Positions 1 to 9,830 of a DNA stretch of 64,000 bases are shown here, in pieces. Each line of letters starts with the position of its first letter. Positions within the stretch are counted from its first letter, which is position 1. Both the position numbers and the translations under genes were made by a program. The notes beneath the pieces were generated by a model that was not told the DNA's origin, searched no databases, and saw only the letters and a program-made list of their open reading frames with translations. Source of the DNA: Bacteroidaceae bacterium (GTDB taxonomy: Bacteria; Bacteroidota; Bacteroidia; Bacteroidales; Bacteroidaceae). The DNA lies in NCBI GenBank assembly GCA_036655555.1, contig JAVVPX010000001.1:2513-66512 (forward strand), given 5' to 3'.

Positions 1-1
1 A

Positions 2-145
2 GTAGATATGCAGACTGCAAAGAATGCCGGAGTAACAAGTATAGGCGTGACGTGGGGATTTCGTCCACGTACAGAGCTATTGGCATTTCATCCGGATTAT
101 ATAGTGGACACAACTGAAGAAATTGATGATATTAGGCGAAGATAA
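2..145 (+). CDS. HAD-family hydrolase (phosphoglycolate phosphatase-like), C-terminal fragment truncated by window edge
   Basis: Frame from nt 2 reads VDMQTAKNAGVTSIGVTWGFRPRTELLAFHPDYIVDTTEEI..., matching the HAD motif IV region (D..A.NAG...IGV.WG). Stop at 143-145. Confidence 0.85.
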   Translation, partial: VDMQTAKNAGVTSIGVTWGFRPRTELLAFHPDYIVDTTEEIDDIRRR

Positions 146-174
146 TCGCTGTTGTTTTGAAATAAATTAAAGCT

Positions 175-1443
175 ATGAAAAAGAATATTGGGTTACTAGC
201 TCTTATCATGATGTTTTGGTTCGTTATTTCGTTTATCACGAACATACTAGGTCCGCTCATTCCGGATATTATCAGGGGATTTAGTCTGAAAAATTTGGCA
301 ATGGCAGGTTTTATACCTACGTTCTTTTTTATTGCCTACGCCATCATGAGCATCCCGGCAGGGATATTGATAGACCGTTTTGGCGAACGTCCGGTATTGT
401 TTGGCGGTTTTTTGATGCCATTTATCGGGACGGTTTTGTTTGCCTGTTTCCCCACTTATCTCATGCTGTTGGCTTCGTGCTTCATCATTGGGATTGGCAT
501 GGCAATGTTGCAAACGGTGCTCAATCCACTTCAACGAGTTGCAGGAGGCGAAGAGAACTATGCTTTCGTTGCCGAATTAGCACAATTTATGTTTGGTATC
601 GCTTCCTTTATCAGTCCATTGGTTTACACTTATCTTATCCGTGAACTTAATCCGGCCACCTATCTACAAGGTCGCAATTTAATAATAGATGCTTTAGCCC
701 TCGTTACTCCCGACAATCTCCCTTGGGTATCGCTCTATTGGGTCTTTTCCGCTATTTTATTGTTGATGCTCGTAGCCGTATTATGTTCGCGCATTCCTAA
801 AATAGAACTTAAAGCAGACGAGCAAGCAGGAAGTAAATCGAGTTATAGAAAACTTTTTGGTCAGCCGATGGTTTGGTTGTTTTTCTTAGGTATCTTTTGT
901 TATGTGAGCACAGAGCAAGGTATAAGCATTTTTATGAGTACTTTTTTGGAACAATATCACGGAGTAGACCCACAAGTAAGCGGTGCGCAAACAGTAAGTT
1001 ACTTTTGGGGTTGCATGACGATGGGTTGCGTCGTGGGCATGATACTGCTTAAACTTGTTGACAGCAAAAAGATTCTTTTATGTGCCGGTATTCTAACGGC
1101 AACATTGCTCACTGTGTCGCTCTACTCACCCTTGGCAGTGGCAAAAATTTCTTTCCCGGCAATAGGATTCAGCATCTCAATGATGTTTTCCATTGTCTTT
1201 TCGTTAGCCTTAAACTCTGTTTCCGAACATCACGGTTCGTTTGCCGGTATTCTCTGTTCCGGTTTAGCAGGAGGCGCAGGCGGTCCGCTGATAGTAAGTG
1301 CTATTGCCGATGCCACCAATTTGCGTATCGGGATGTTGTTTATCCTTGTATTTGTGGTATATGTGACTGCTGTTGCATTATGGGCTCACCCACTTATCAA
1401 CAACAAAACGGTGCCATTGAATAAACTGTTTTCTAAGGAATAA
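175..1443 (+). CDS. MFS sugar transporter (FucP/glucose-galactose permease-like)
   Basis: 422 aa with ~12 hydrophobic segments, MFS motif A-like GILIDRFGER, and FucP-like NP..., F.YV..E motifs. Confidence 0.85.
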   Translation: MKKNIGLLALIMMFWFVISFITNILGPLIPDIIRGFSLKNLAMAGFIPTFFFIAYAIMSIPAGILIDRFGERPVLFGGFLMPFIGTVLFACFPTYLMLLASCFIIGIGMAMLQTVLNPLQRVAGGEENYAFVAELAQFMFGIASFISPLVYTYLIRELNPATYLQGRNLIIDALALVTPDNLPWVSLYWVFSAILLLMLVAVLCSRIPKIELKADEQAGSKSSYRKLFGQPMVWLFFLGIFCYVSTEQGISIFMSTFLEQYHGVDPQVSGAQTVSYFWGCMTMGCVVGMILLKLVDSKKILLCAGILTATLLTVSLYSPLAVAKISFPAIGFSISMMFSIVFSLALNSVSEHHGSFAGILCSGLAGGAGGPLIVSAIADATNLRIGMLFILVFVVYVTAVALWAHPLINNKTVPLNKLFSKE

Positions 1444-1463
1444 CGTAGAGAAAATCGAGGAGT

Positions 1464-4400
1464 CTACTTTGCCCCGATTAACTCTACCTCAAAACTTGCA
1501 GCATCTTGGCAAGCAAACTCCAATACAGTTGTTTTTTTATCAGAAGCAATAACCTTGCAAGAAGGGTTTTCGCTTACGTTCCATCGTCCGTTTAGCGTAA
1601 TGCGCACAGGGATAATTTGACTTGCATTGTCTATCCATGGACGAGAATAGATACTACGTTCCACCCGTTTACCATTCTCGTCAAACTTTTCGTCGGACGC
1701 TCCACGGTAAAGAGCTAAATCAGGATTCGCAACGGTCAGTACCGTTTTGTCTTTTCCCTCACGAAGCATGACTAAGCACGAAGTATCTACTCGCTGTATC
1801 AATCCTTTAGGTAAAAGAGCCTTAGGCGTTTCAAAAAGGACGTACGAAGTTTGATTATTGACCAAGTCCTTAACAATGTGTGCGTTGCTATTTTTACAAA
1901 GCACCTTATAAGTAGGTTTCTTAGCGAAACACTTCATCGCTTTACTGTCGGTTTGTGGAATAACAACATATTCGTATCCTTGCCCTTTGGGAGCTTTGCC
2001 ATGTTCCACCGTTAAAGAAACCCAATCGCCTTGCGACTCTTTTCCGGTATTTTGCTTGCGAGAATGTTGAGGATAGTTTTTCTCTAATTTCAAGTTGTTC
2101 TCTCCCTTTATCGAAGGAACATAATATCCTGTACCTACACAATCTATCCATGTCTTTTGCTGTTCCGAAACCTTGCTCCAATAATCACGTTCCAATTGAT
2201 TGGGCACTGCAAGTTGAAAGACAGTTGTTTCTGTTTCGTACTTATCGTTTGTATTCTCTATATCAGAGCCAAGACAGATGATTTTTCCATCAAAGAAATG
2301 GTAGGATTTACGAGCACGATGAGAACCATTGTATTTATCGTGTTCGTGCAATTTCATTCCAAACACCCCATTCTTGGATTCTTGAGCAAGTCCCCCCGAA
2401 AATGCTTCATCGGAATAAAGCATTTCTTCGGCTCCTGAGTAAACATCTACATTCAACACATTAGCTTTCAGCTGTTCTACAGGAAGATGTATAGCCGTTG
2501 TTCCCGGAATGCGTCCCCAATCAAATCCTTCTTCCTGCCATCTGCTTGTTGCCGGAGAAACGTCTTGTTTGGGAGCTGCCGTCATCATCATCAAACTACC
2601 GTGAGACAAGTAACGTCCATAAAGATTTGCTCCTATATAATGTTCTGCAGCCCATAAGTAACGAGAATGCCCTCTTGCCACAGCCGACCAATTGCCTCTT
2701 CGCTGAACTGAAATATTACCATAACCTAAAGCGATATTTCCCTGTGGGTCGGGTTCAGCTTTATATCCTTTCTGAATGAAAAGATGCTTCATCTCTTGTT
2801 CTTTCTTGTTAGAAACAGCCGGCATATATTCGGGATTATCCTTTGAAGAAGAACTTTCGGCCATCAAACGAAGATAAGCGGAAGCCATCTTTTCGTCTAT
2901 CTGGCTACTACCATCCGGCGAACCTGCAAGAGCCATCAAAGCAAATTGCATAGGCATTAATTTGCCTTTTCCATTGGGATGACGACCGGATATAGAAAGT
3001 GGAAAATAGAGCTTATTGCAATAGAAACGCATGGTAAGCAGTGCGTTTTTAACCGTTTCGTGCCCTAATTCAGAGACAGAGAATGCAGTATGATTGAGTA
3101 AATAAATCATGTTGCTTGCTCCTTCCAATCCACCCACTGCATAGGCAGGATAAAGATTGCGATGATGAAATGCACCACCATCCTTTTTAAATGCGCCTGC
3201 TAATCCGTTGGCAGGCAAACAACCGTTATTTATCCACCGTGAAAACGATTTTAAATATTGTACCTTTTCGGGAGTATCTTCCATCATCAAAATGCCGGCA
3301 ACACGTCCTATTGTTCCGGTATTGAATGTATCCATATCCATGCCATTCATTGTTGGTTTGAGATATACCTCGTTGACCATGGCATACCATCTCATCGATT
3401 GTTCTGCCTCATTCAATTTTCCGGCCTCTCTTAGCACATCTTTCATCAAGAAATAAGAAGTATAGAATCCTCTAAAGCTATAACCGTAGTGAGTGAAATT
3501 ACCCATACAGCTACCGTAAGCCACTCCTTGGTCAGTTACATGGTCGTACATCGACAAGAACATTGTTTTCAGCTCCTCACGGTCTTTAGCTTCCTTCGCA
3601 TTATTATAAGCAACAGCAACCTTGTTCATCAAGTCGAAATATTTTTTCAATCCCATTCCGCTATCGACTATTATTTCTTTTGTCCAACCGGAGATTAAAC
3701 GCTCATAGGCTTCGCGGGCATAAGTGTAGAAGAGAGGAAGACCGCTAACCTTGCCATCCTTATAAACAATTTCGTACTTTGCATACTCCTTACGGATATT
3801 ATCCATTGCTTTGTTGGTCAACTTTCCGGGAGTAAAAATTAAGGTACGAAAACGTTCCTCGATAGCTTTTATATCCTTTTGTTGTGTAGTAGAAACGTTA
3901 GCTTCGAGCGAGATGTCGGGCATTAACTTCGAACGGTTCAATATGACTAACCAATGACTTTGAGTTTTAGCATTTAGAAAAGGCATCTGTAAATCGGCAG
4001 TTTGATGACGTTGGTCTGTCTTTACACCGGTGATTAAGTGGTCGATAAACAATTTGCCTGCTTCGTTAGGAGCCACTATACGAAGTTCGTTCATCTTCTC
4101 TTCGGGAGTACCTTCCATATCGCGCTCGTAGCAAACCCAAGCCGCGCGCCAGCCTTTGAAATTAAGACCAAAAGGAAAAGAAGAGCACTTTTTGCCGTCT
4201 TTTAAGAACTCAAAACGAAGTTGCTTATCCATGGGCTTCTCGTTGTAAATCCAAACAATAAAAGAAGAAAGGTAGGTATCTTCGCCCGTAGGGTCTTTCT
4301 TTTCGAAATTCAAATCCTTCTTCACAAACAATTCTCCGCCGGGCTGAAACGTCCATGCCATAGAATTCTTTCCATCTTTATAGTGTTCCGGAGAAATAGA

Positions 4401-4553
4401 TAAACTAGATTGCTTGCTTGAAATAAATGTAGGGACAGCACTTTCTTCGAAAGAAACTAATCTTTCGTGCTTAACTAATTGTGCGGACAAACCGGAGGAT
4501 AAAAGAACGGCAACAAAAACAAATGCTCCCTTTCTTACAAGGCTTGATTTCAT
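1464..4553 (-). CDS. Chondroitin sulfate ABC lyase-like polysaccharide lyase (PL8), secreted
   Basis: 1029 aa with signal peptide. [10 protein letters not shown] and SGRHP match the chondroitinase ABC catalytic His/Tyr/Arg motifs. [16 protein letters not shown] and ANPDL are typical PL8 C-terminal motifs. Confidence 0.85.
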   Translation of the reverse strand: MKSSLVRKGAFVFVAVLLSSGLSAQLVKHERLVSFEESAVPTFISSKQSSLSISPEHYKDGKNSMAWTFQPGGELFVKKDLNFEKKDPTGEDTYLSSFIVWIYNEKPMDKQLRFEFLKDGKKCSSFPFGLNFKGWRAAWVCYERDMEGTPEEKMNELRIVAPNEAGKLFIDHLITGVKTDQRHQTADLQMPFLNAKTQSHWLVILNRSKLMPDISLEANVSTTQQKDIKAIEERFRTLIFTPGKLTNKAMDNIRKEYAKYEIVYKDGKVSGLPLFYTYAREAYERLISGWTKEIIVDSGMGLKKYFDLMNKVAVAYNNAKEAKDREELKTMFLSMYDHVTDQGVAYGSCMGNFTHYGYSFRGFYTSYFLMKDVLREAGKLNEAEQSMRWYAMVNEVYLKPTMNGMDMDTFNTGTIGRVAGILMMEDTPEKVQYLKSFSRWINNGCLPANGLAGAFKKDGGAFHHRNLYPAYAVGGLEGASNMIYLLNHTAFSVSELGHETVKNALLTMRFYCNKLYFPLSISGRHPNGKGKLMPMQFALMALAGSPDGSSQIDEKMASAYLRLMAESSSSKDNPEYMPAVSNKKEQEMKHLFIQKGYKAEPDPQGNIALGYGNISVQRRGNWSAVARGHSRYLWAAEHYIGANLYGRYLSHGSLMMMTAAPKQDVSPATSRWQEEGFDWGRIPGTTAIHLPVEQLKANVLNVDVYSGAEEMLYSDEAFSGGLAQESKNGVFGMKLHEHDKYNGSHRARKSYHFFDGKIICLGSDIENTNDKYETETTVFQLAVPNQLERDYWSKVSEQQKTWIDCVGTGYYVPSIKGENNLKLEKNYPQHSRKQNTGKESQGDWVSLTVEHGKAPKGQGYEYVVIPQTDSKAMKCFAKKPTYKVLCKNSNAHIVKDLVNNQTSYVLFETPKALLPKGLIQRVDTSCLVMLREGKDKTVLTVANPDLALYRGASDEKFDENGKRVERSIYSRPWIDNASQIIPVRITLNGRWNVSENPSCKVIASDKKTTVLEFACQDAASFEVELIGAK

Positions 4554-4662
4554 AATGTGTATTAAATTATAATTTGATACACAAAGAAAGCCTTTATAAG
4601 TGGAAGCATCAGAGAAAATAGTTCAGAAATAATCAAAAATTATATTAGAACTGCTTTCTTAT

Positions 4663-7053
4663 CTATTTATTTCTAGTTTTCTTGTTTGTTTTTTCGTCAT
4701 CATCTTCACCATAGCCGCTATAGCCACCGTAGTGTCCACCATAACCATAGCCATAACCATATCCGGATTTTTCCTTTTCTACTCCATTGAGCAAAATAGA
4801 AAGCGAAGGTAGTTTCTTTTCTCTTACTAGTTCATTAATCCACGAAATGGTCTTCTTGTAAGTGTAGTTTGCCCGCGACACATAAATAGTTGCGTCTGCT
4901 ACTCTACTTAAAATCAAAGAATCGGTGACTAAACTTACCGGCGCACAGTCTAATATGATATAATCAAATTGTTTTTTTAGTTGCTCTATCATACTATCTA
5001 AACGTTCGCTCATCAATAGTTCGGCAGGATTGGGAGGAATAATACCGGAAGTTACTATTTTAAAATTATCGTTGATTCCCGAAGGTTGAATAAGCGAATT
5101 TAAATCAGTCTCCATCCCTGATATATAATTTGTAGCTCCTTTTTTTCCATCAACAGCAAAATAATTAGCTAACATCGGCTTACGAACATCCATACCTACC
5201 AATGCCACTTTCTTGCCAACAAGCGAAATACTGATAGCTAAGTTCATGGATATAAAAGTCTTTCCTTCACCCGGGACAGAAGATGTGACCATTAATACTT
5301 TATGGCCTTCACTTCCTACTAAGAATTTAAGATTAGTACGTATGCCTCTGAATGCCTCCGTAGAATGATTGTTGTGATTCTCTTTTACAACAAGCGTTTC
5401 TCCCGTAGACGATTGATTTACCTCTCCTAGAATAGTTATATTGGTAAGTTTCTCCAGCTCAACCCTATTTTTTATTTTGAGACTAAAGTACTCGATTAGA
5501 TAAAGAGCAATTACCGGAATGGCACAACCAAGAAGCAATGCGATTAAATAAAATAAAGGTTTCTTGGGCGAAACAGGATTATCGGTCGCTAATGCTTCGT
5601 CAATAATCTTAGCACTATTAGCGGTAACCGCCAATGCTAAAGAGTTTTCTTCCCTCTTCTGCAACAACATCAAGAAAAGTTCTGCCTTAATTTGTTGTTG
5701 ACGAGCTCTTTCGGTATATTCTCGTTCTTGAGTTGGAACATTCTCTATTCGAGTATTATATAAATTTGCTTGATAGTCTAAGTCTTTCTTAGAAATATTC
5801 AAGCTTTGATATACTCCCGATAGAGAAGTTAATATATTGGCGTGTAGGGCTTTAATACTTGATGTAAGATTGATAATTACCGGATTCTCATCGGATGTGG
5901 TACGCAATATTCTGCCACGTTCCAAGATAAGTTCATTATACTTCTCCGACAATGTAAGTAAGGATTTATCTGCCAATCCAATATTAGCCGGTACTAATTT
6001 ATCTAGTCCATTGGCTTTGTTCAACATATACTCTTGCAAAGACTTTACTAAACGCAGTTGAGTTTCGACCTCTACCCTTTTCTTCTGATACTCGCTATTC
6101 TCTTGCATGAATATCTTCGCATCGGCAGTCAAGTTAGTTATACCTTCTTTCTTCTTATAAGATTCCAAGTCACGCTCGGTCATTCCTAACTCTATGTTTA
6201 TCTTCTCAAGACGTTCGTCAATGAATTTCGCGGTGTTTTTGGCAACTTTATTCTTGTCTTCGTTCGTGTCGAGATTGTACATCTCTATCAACTTATTCAA
6301 GAAATCCACTCCTCTATCAACGTTTGTTTCCGAAAGAAGTAGGTTGATGACGGAAGTAGTTTTGGAGGTTGGCTCCACATTCAATAAAGCAAGATATTTT
6401 TGTACAACGTTCATTGTACGATTGACCGTAATGATTATTTCCTTATCATACTCCGGTTTTACCAACGCATTTGCGCTCAACATAAATGTGCCTATTGGCG
6501 TATTAAGCATGCCGGGCAATTTAGCTATTGTTTCTTCAAACTTTCCTTTTCCGTACTTTCCCTCTATTTTTACTTGCCCATTATTCATCATCTGAGCCTT
6601 TATGGTAAGAGGATATTTGAGAGTATCGGCAATCTTTTCATCGACATCCAATGTAAGAGGTGTCTTTGTATAAAGTTCCTTATCTCTCATATACTCATCT
6701 TTGTTGTAAGAGACATACAGCTTTAAGTTTTTAACAACGGACTTGACGAGTGATTTCGATTTTAATACTTCTATTTCGTTATCTACATTGTTCTTACTAT
6801 TCATCAATCCGAGTCCCTCAAACATGGCTAACTCGTTAGAAGCACCTCCTTTATCGTCATCTTTAAGTATCACAGTCGAAGATACATTATATTCTTCCGG
6901 AGTGCAGCGCAGATACAATATAGATAAGGCAAAACATACTAAAATGGAAACGACAAACCATTTCCAATGAGAAAGATAATTAAGCATTAGTTCCCGAATA
7001 TCTACATGATCAGCTTCTTCTTCCTTATTGTAGTTGAATTGTTCTTCAGACAT
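4663..7053 (-). CDS. wzc: Polysaccharide co-polymerase / BY-kinase (Wzc)
   Basis: Two TM segments flank a periplasmic coiled-coil region. Walker A SSVPGEGKT, DVRKP, IILDCAP, and C-terminal Tyr cluster GYGYGYGYGGHYGGYSGYG. Confidence 0.92.
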   Translation of the reverse strand: MSEEQFNYNKEEEADHVDIRELMLNYLSHWKWFVVSILVCFALSILYLRCTPEEYNVSSTVILKDDDKGGASNELAMFEGLGLMNSKNNVDNEIEVLKSKSLVKSVVKNLKLYVSYNKDEYMRDKELYTKTPLTLDVDEKIADTLKYPLTIKAQMMNNGQVKIEGKYGKGKFEETIAKLPGMLNTPIGTFMLSANALVKPEYDKEIIITVNRTMNVVQKYLALLNVEPTSKTTSVINLLLSETNVDRGVDFLNKLIEMYNLDTNEDKNKVAKNTAKFIDERLEKINIELGMTERDLESYKKKEGITNLTADAKIFMQENSEYQKKRVEVETQLRLVKSLQEYMLNKANGLDKLVPANIGLADKSLLTLSEKYNELILERGRILRTTSDENPVIINLTSSIKALHANILTSLSGVYQSLNISKKDLDYQANLYNTRIENVPTQEREYTERARQQQIKAELFLMLLQKREENSLALAVTANSAKIIDEALATDNPVSPKKPLFYLIALLLGCAIPVIALYLIEYFSLKIKNRVELEKLTNITILGEVNQSSTGETLVVKENHNNHSTEAFRGIRTNLKFLVGSEGHKVLMVTSSVPGEGKTFISMNLAISISLVGKKVALVGMDVRKPMLANYFAVDGKKGATNYISGMETDLNSLIQPSGINDNFKIVTSGIIPPNPAELLMSERLDSMIEQLKKQFDYIILDCAPVSLVTDSLILSRVADATIYVSRANYTYKKTISWINELVREKKLPSLSILLNGVEKEKSGYGYGYGYGGHYGGYSGYGEDDDEKTNKKTRNK

Positions 7054-7092
7054 ATTTCGTATTTTATTATTGATTGATAAGTATACCGTTTA

Positions 7093-7893
7093 TTAGCGGA
7101 CTATATTCACTATTAAACTGGCAACAGAAATAAGTATAGATGTTCCGGAAAGCATCAACGAAGTAGCCTGACCAATATCGGCATTTCTTGCTTTAGCTTT
7201 ATTAGGTTCTACATAAACAACATCATTTTGCTGCAAATAAAAATAAGGAGAGTTTACAACATCACTTCTGTTCAAGTCTAATTCTACTATATTTTTTCTA
7301 CCTTCACTATCTTCTCTCAACAATTTCACTTTCTCTCTTTTTCCGTAAATAGTCATGTCACCGGCTAATGCCAAAGCTTCAAAAATATTTATTTTTTCGT
7401 TAGCTACTGTAAATGTATTTGGATTTTGAACTTCCCCCAATACGGATATTTTATAGTTTACAAGGCGTACATTAACAATCGGAGCTTCTTTAAACGAAGG
7501 TTTTAACCTGTTAATAATGTAAGCTTCCGCTTCCGATTTGGTTAATCCTCCCAAATGCAGTTCACCTAATATCGGGAACATTATATTCCCATTATTGTCT
7601 ACCAAATAAGTTTGCAATATCGGTTGAGTGGTAGTGTACTGAAGCACTTGGGGGGTTTGAATCGTTGGCACAGTAAGATTATAAGGTACCGAAGCTTCCG
7701 GATTTGAGGAGCTTACAGTAACGGATAATAAATCTTTAGGCATAATGCGAGCATCAAACAGAGGTTGCTTTATTTGCGATGTATCACCTGAAAATGCTTT
7801 GGAATCTTTTAAATAGGGAACTTGCTTATAAGAGCTACAACTTGCAAAAAAAAGTATAGCAAAAAGAGTGAATAACCTAATCGATAATTTCAT
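7093..7893 (-). CDS. wza: Polysaccharide export lipoprotein (Wza/Poly_export, SLBB)
   Basis: Start reassigned to ATG 7893 (MKLSIRL...FFASC lipobox), just downstream of a TACTTTTG -7 box. Motifs VDNNGNIMFPILG, VLGEV, EALALAGD, LQQNDVVYV. Confidence 0.88.
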   Translation of the reverse strand: MKLSIRLFTLFAILFFASCSSYKQVPYLKDSKAFSGDTSQIKQPLFDARIMPKDLLSVTVSSSNPEASVPYNLTVPTIQTPQVLQYTTTQPILQTYLVDNNGNIMFPILGELHLGGLTKSEAEAYIINRLKPSFKEAPIVNVRLVNYKISVLGEVQNPNTFTVANEKINIFEALALAGDMTIYGKREKVKLLREDSEGRKNIVELDLNRSDVVNSPYFYLQQNDVVYVEPNKAKARNADIGQATSLMLSGTSILISVASLIVNIVR

Positions 7894-7936
7894 AAGTACA
7901 AATTGATAACGTAAAATTCTCTTTAAATGTCGCCGA

Positions 7937-7944
7937 CAAAAGTA
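7937..7944 (-). promoter_or_regulatory. Bacteroidetes sigma-A -7 box (TACTTTTG) for wza-wzc
   Basis: Matches TAnnTTTG about 45 nt upstream of the reassigned wza start. Confidence 0.55.
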
Positions 7945-8111
7945 ATGCTTTATTATTTGATATAAAACTATTTGTTGATAATATAAAAGAAATTGAGCAA
8001 AAATGCGTCTTCTTTCTTTATTCAATATCAAATTACTCATGTACTTAAGTTAAACGAAGGACATTGGCAATTTAGTATATTTTGTCACTAAATTTATTCA
8101 AATTAGATTTC

Positions 8112-9104
8112 TTACATCCAATAATAAATGTAAGCAAGTGTGCTCAAGCTAATAATAATCCATAACAGAATACCTTGTAACAACGGCTTCACTCCTACTT
8201 GCTTCAATACATCCATAGAAAGCGATGCTCCAATGAAGAACAAAGTTATCGTTAATCCTTTGCGAGCTAAGTTTGAAAGTACATGACTAATAGGCTGATA
8301 ATCGGCAAGTAAATAAGTGTTTGCAATGATGGCCAACACAAAGAAAAGGATAAACCAAGGTATGGTAATCTTCTTTCCATCTCCTTTAAAGATAAAAGAG
8401 GTCACAATCGCCAAAGGTATAATCCAAAGCGCACGAGTAAGCTTGATGGTTGTCGCTATTTCTAAAGCTTCTTCACCGTAGGCGGCTCCTGCTCCCACTA
8501 CCGAACTAGTATCGTGAATGGCAATAGCTGCCCATGTACCAAATTCGTGTTGCGACATACCTAACCAATGGCCAATAACGGGGAAAATAAATAGAGCAAT
8601 CGCATTCAAAATAAAGATAGTACCCAACGCCACCGACATCTCACTATCTTTTGCTCTAATCACCGGTCCTACAGCCGCGATAGCACTACCACCACAAATG
8701 GCAGTACCCGAACTAATCAAATAAGAAGTGCTACGGTCTACTTTAAAACATTTTCGTCCGATAAACCAGCCAATTACCATGGTTCCAATTACCGAAAGGA
8801 TAGTAAATTCCATTCCTTCCTTGCCCGATGCCAAAGAAGCTTGAAGGTTCATACCAAAACCTAAACCTACAACAGAATATTGAAGTAAATACTTAGAGAC
8901 TTTCTTATTAAATTTAGGGAAAGCCTGTCCACAAGTCAAAGCATAAGCTAAGCCTATAAACAAAGCTACCGGAGGGGTAACCCAAGTTGAATAAACTGCT
9001 AAACAAGGAATATAATCCAATAATAGAAATACGACTAAAATGCCTAACAACACCATATAAATAGGTTTGTTGTTGGTCTTTAGCGTTGAGAACAATGAGC
9101 TCAT
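8112..9104 (-). CDS. YeiH/UPF0324 family membrane protein (putative sulfate exporter)
   Basis: GTAICGGSAIAAV, AIHDTSSVVGAG and TIKLTRALW motifs; highly hydrophobic. Confidence 0.88.
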   Translation of the reverse strand: MSSLFSTLKTNNKPIYMVLLGILVVFLLLDYIPCLAVYSTWVTPPVALFIGLAYALTCGQAFPKFNKKVSKYLLQYSVVGLGFGMNLQASLASGKEGMEFTILSVIGTMVIGWFIGRKCFKVDRSTSYLISSGTAICGGSAIAAVGPVIRAKDSEMSVALGTIFILNAIALFIFPVIGHWLGMSQHEFGTWAAIAIHDTSSVVGAGAAYGEEALEIATTIKLTRALWIIPLAIVTSFIFKGDGKKITIPWFILFFVLAIIANTYLLADYQPISHVLSNLARKGLTITLFFIGASLSMDVLKQVGVKPLLQGILLWIIISLSTLAYIYYWM

Positions 9105-9140
9105 GCTGTTTTTTTTATATAATTAATTCGAAATTGAATT

Positions 9141-9726
9141 TTAATCTAGTTCTTCTCCTTTAATACCCAAAGCGTGCATAAGAGGAAAGGCAAGTGACTT
9201 GCAACAATAAGGAAGCTTGGGTTCCTCTATTATATCCATCCGAAATTGAACAATGTTTTTTTCGTTCGTCTTCTTTAATATGTCTTCGACCTTATCGCCA
9301 TACATTTCGTTAAAGGAAATGACTACAAGATTCTTTACCTCTTTGGTGTCCGCTATTACCTTTAACGATTCAATATATAAATCTTCCAGAGTAGCCAAAC
9401 CTTCGGGCTGAAAACTATAAGCATCTACCTCACCCAATGGGGAAATGAAAGGTCAAATCACTCAAATCTTCCTTTAGATTATCGGGGAAACAGTGTCTTA
9501 GCTTTACAGATTCATCATCATAAATAAAGATTAATTGAATTTGATTGCCTTCTCTTTTAAGTCCTGCCTCCAAAGCAAGAAAACTGACCAAGCTGACTAA
9601 ATCTATCTTTTGAAGCGGTCGATTCAGCATCCATTCAAAATGTTTTTTTAAATCGTTCGACACAAAATCAAGAAATGCCGCATCTATCAGTATCACTGTC
9701 TCTGACATTTTTATTTCATTCTTCAT
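9141..9726 (-). pseudogene. Conserved Bacteroidales hypothetical protein (PIN/NYN-like N-terminus, DUF6621-like by recall) split by a 1-nt frameshift
   Basis: ORFs 9430..9753 and 9141..9437 join into ~194 aa (..LTFHSPLGEVDAY..) if one base is removed from the minus-strand TTTCCCC run (plus strand 9439-9445). N-terminal VILIDAAFL; C-terminal LGIKGEEL. Confidence 0.7.
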
Positions 9727-9756
9727 GCTTTTTTTATTATTGGTACTATACATAAC

Positions 9757-9806
9757 AAAAACAGAATAGAGAAATTTACTCTGATTGTAATTTTTCTATT
9801 CTGTTT
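9757..9806 (-). terminator. Probable intrinsic terminator after secA
   Basis: Inverted repeat AAACAGAATAGAGAAA...TTTTTCTATTCTGTTT 25 nt past the secA stop. Confidence 0.65.
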
Positions 9807-9830
9807 CTTTATAATTATATTACGAATGTT

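Noticed and set aside
4613-4659. Hairpin between wzc and the lyase as a terminator
   Set aside because: The stem is imperfect with a long AT loop; it could equally be part of the lyase promoter, so it was not called.
4705-4765. Short tandem repeat (ccata[ag])n as a contingency locus
   Set aside because: It encodes the normal Gly-Tyr autophosphorylation cluster of Wzc and has synonymous variation.
7894-8040. N-terminal extensions given by the ORF track for wza (also for 38522..39337, 50706..51371 and 54401..55216)
   Set aside because: The extensions run through promoter boxes or neighbouring genes. Downstream ATGs give proper signal peptides or family-typical N-termini.
7894-8110. Invertible (phase-variable) capsule promoter upstream of wza
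   Set aside because: No convincing inverted repeats flank the -7 box, and there is no recombinase or UpxY gene nearby. Only a weak 8-bp AT-rich hairpin (8069-8094) is present.
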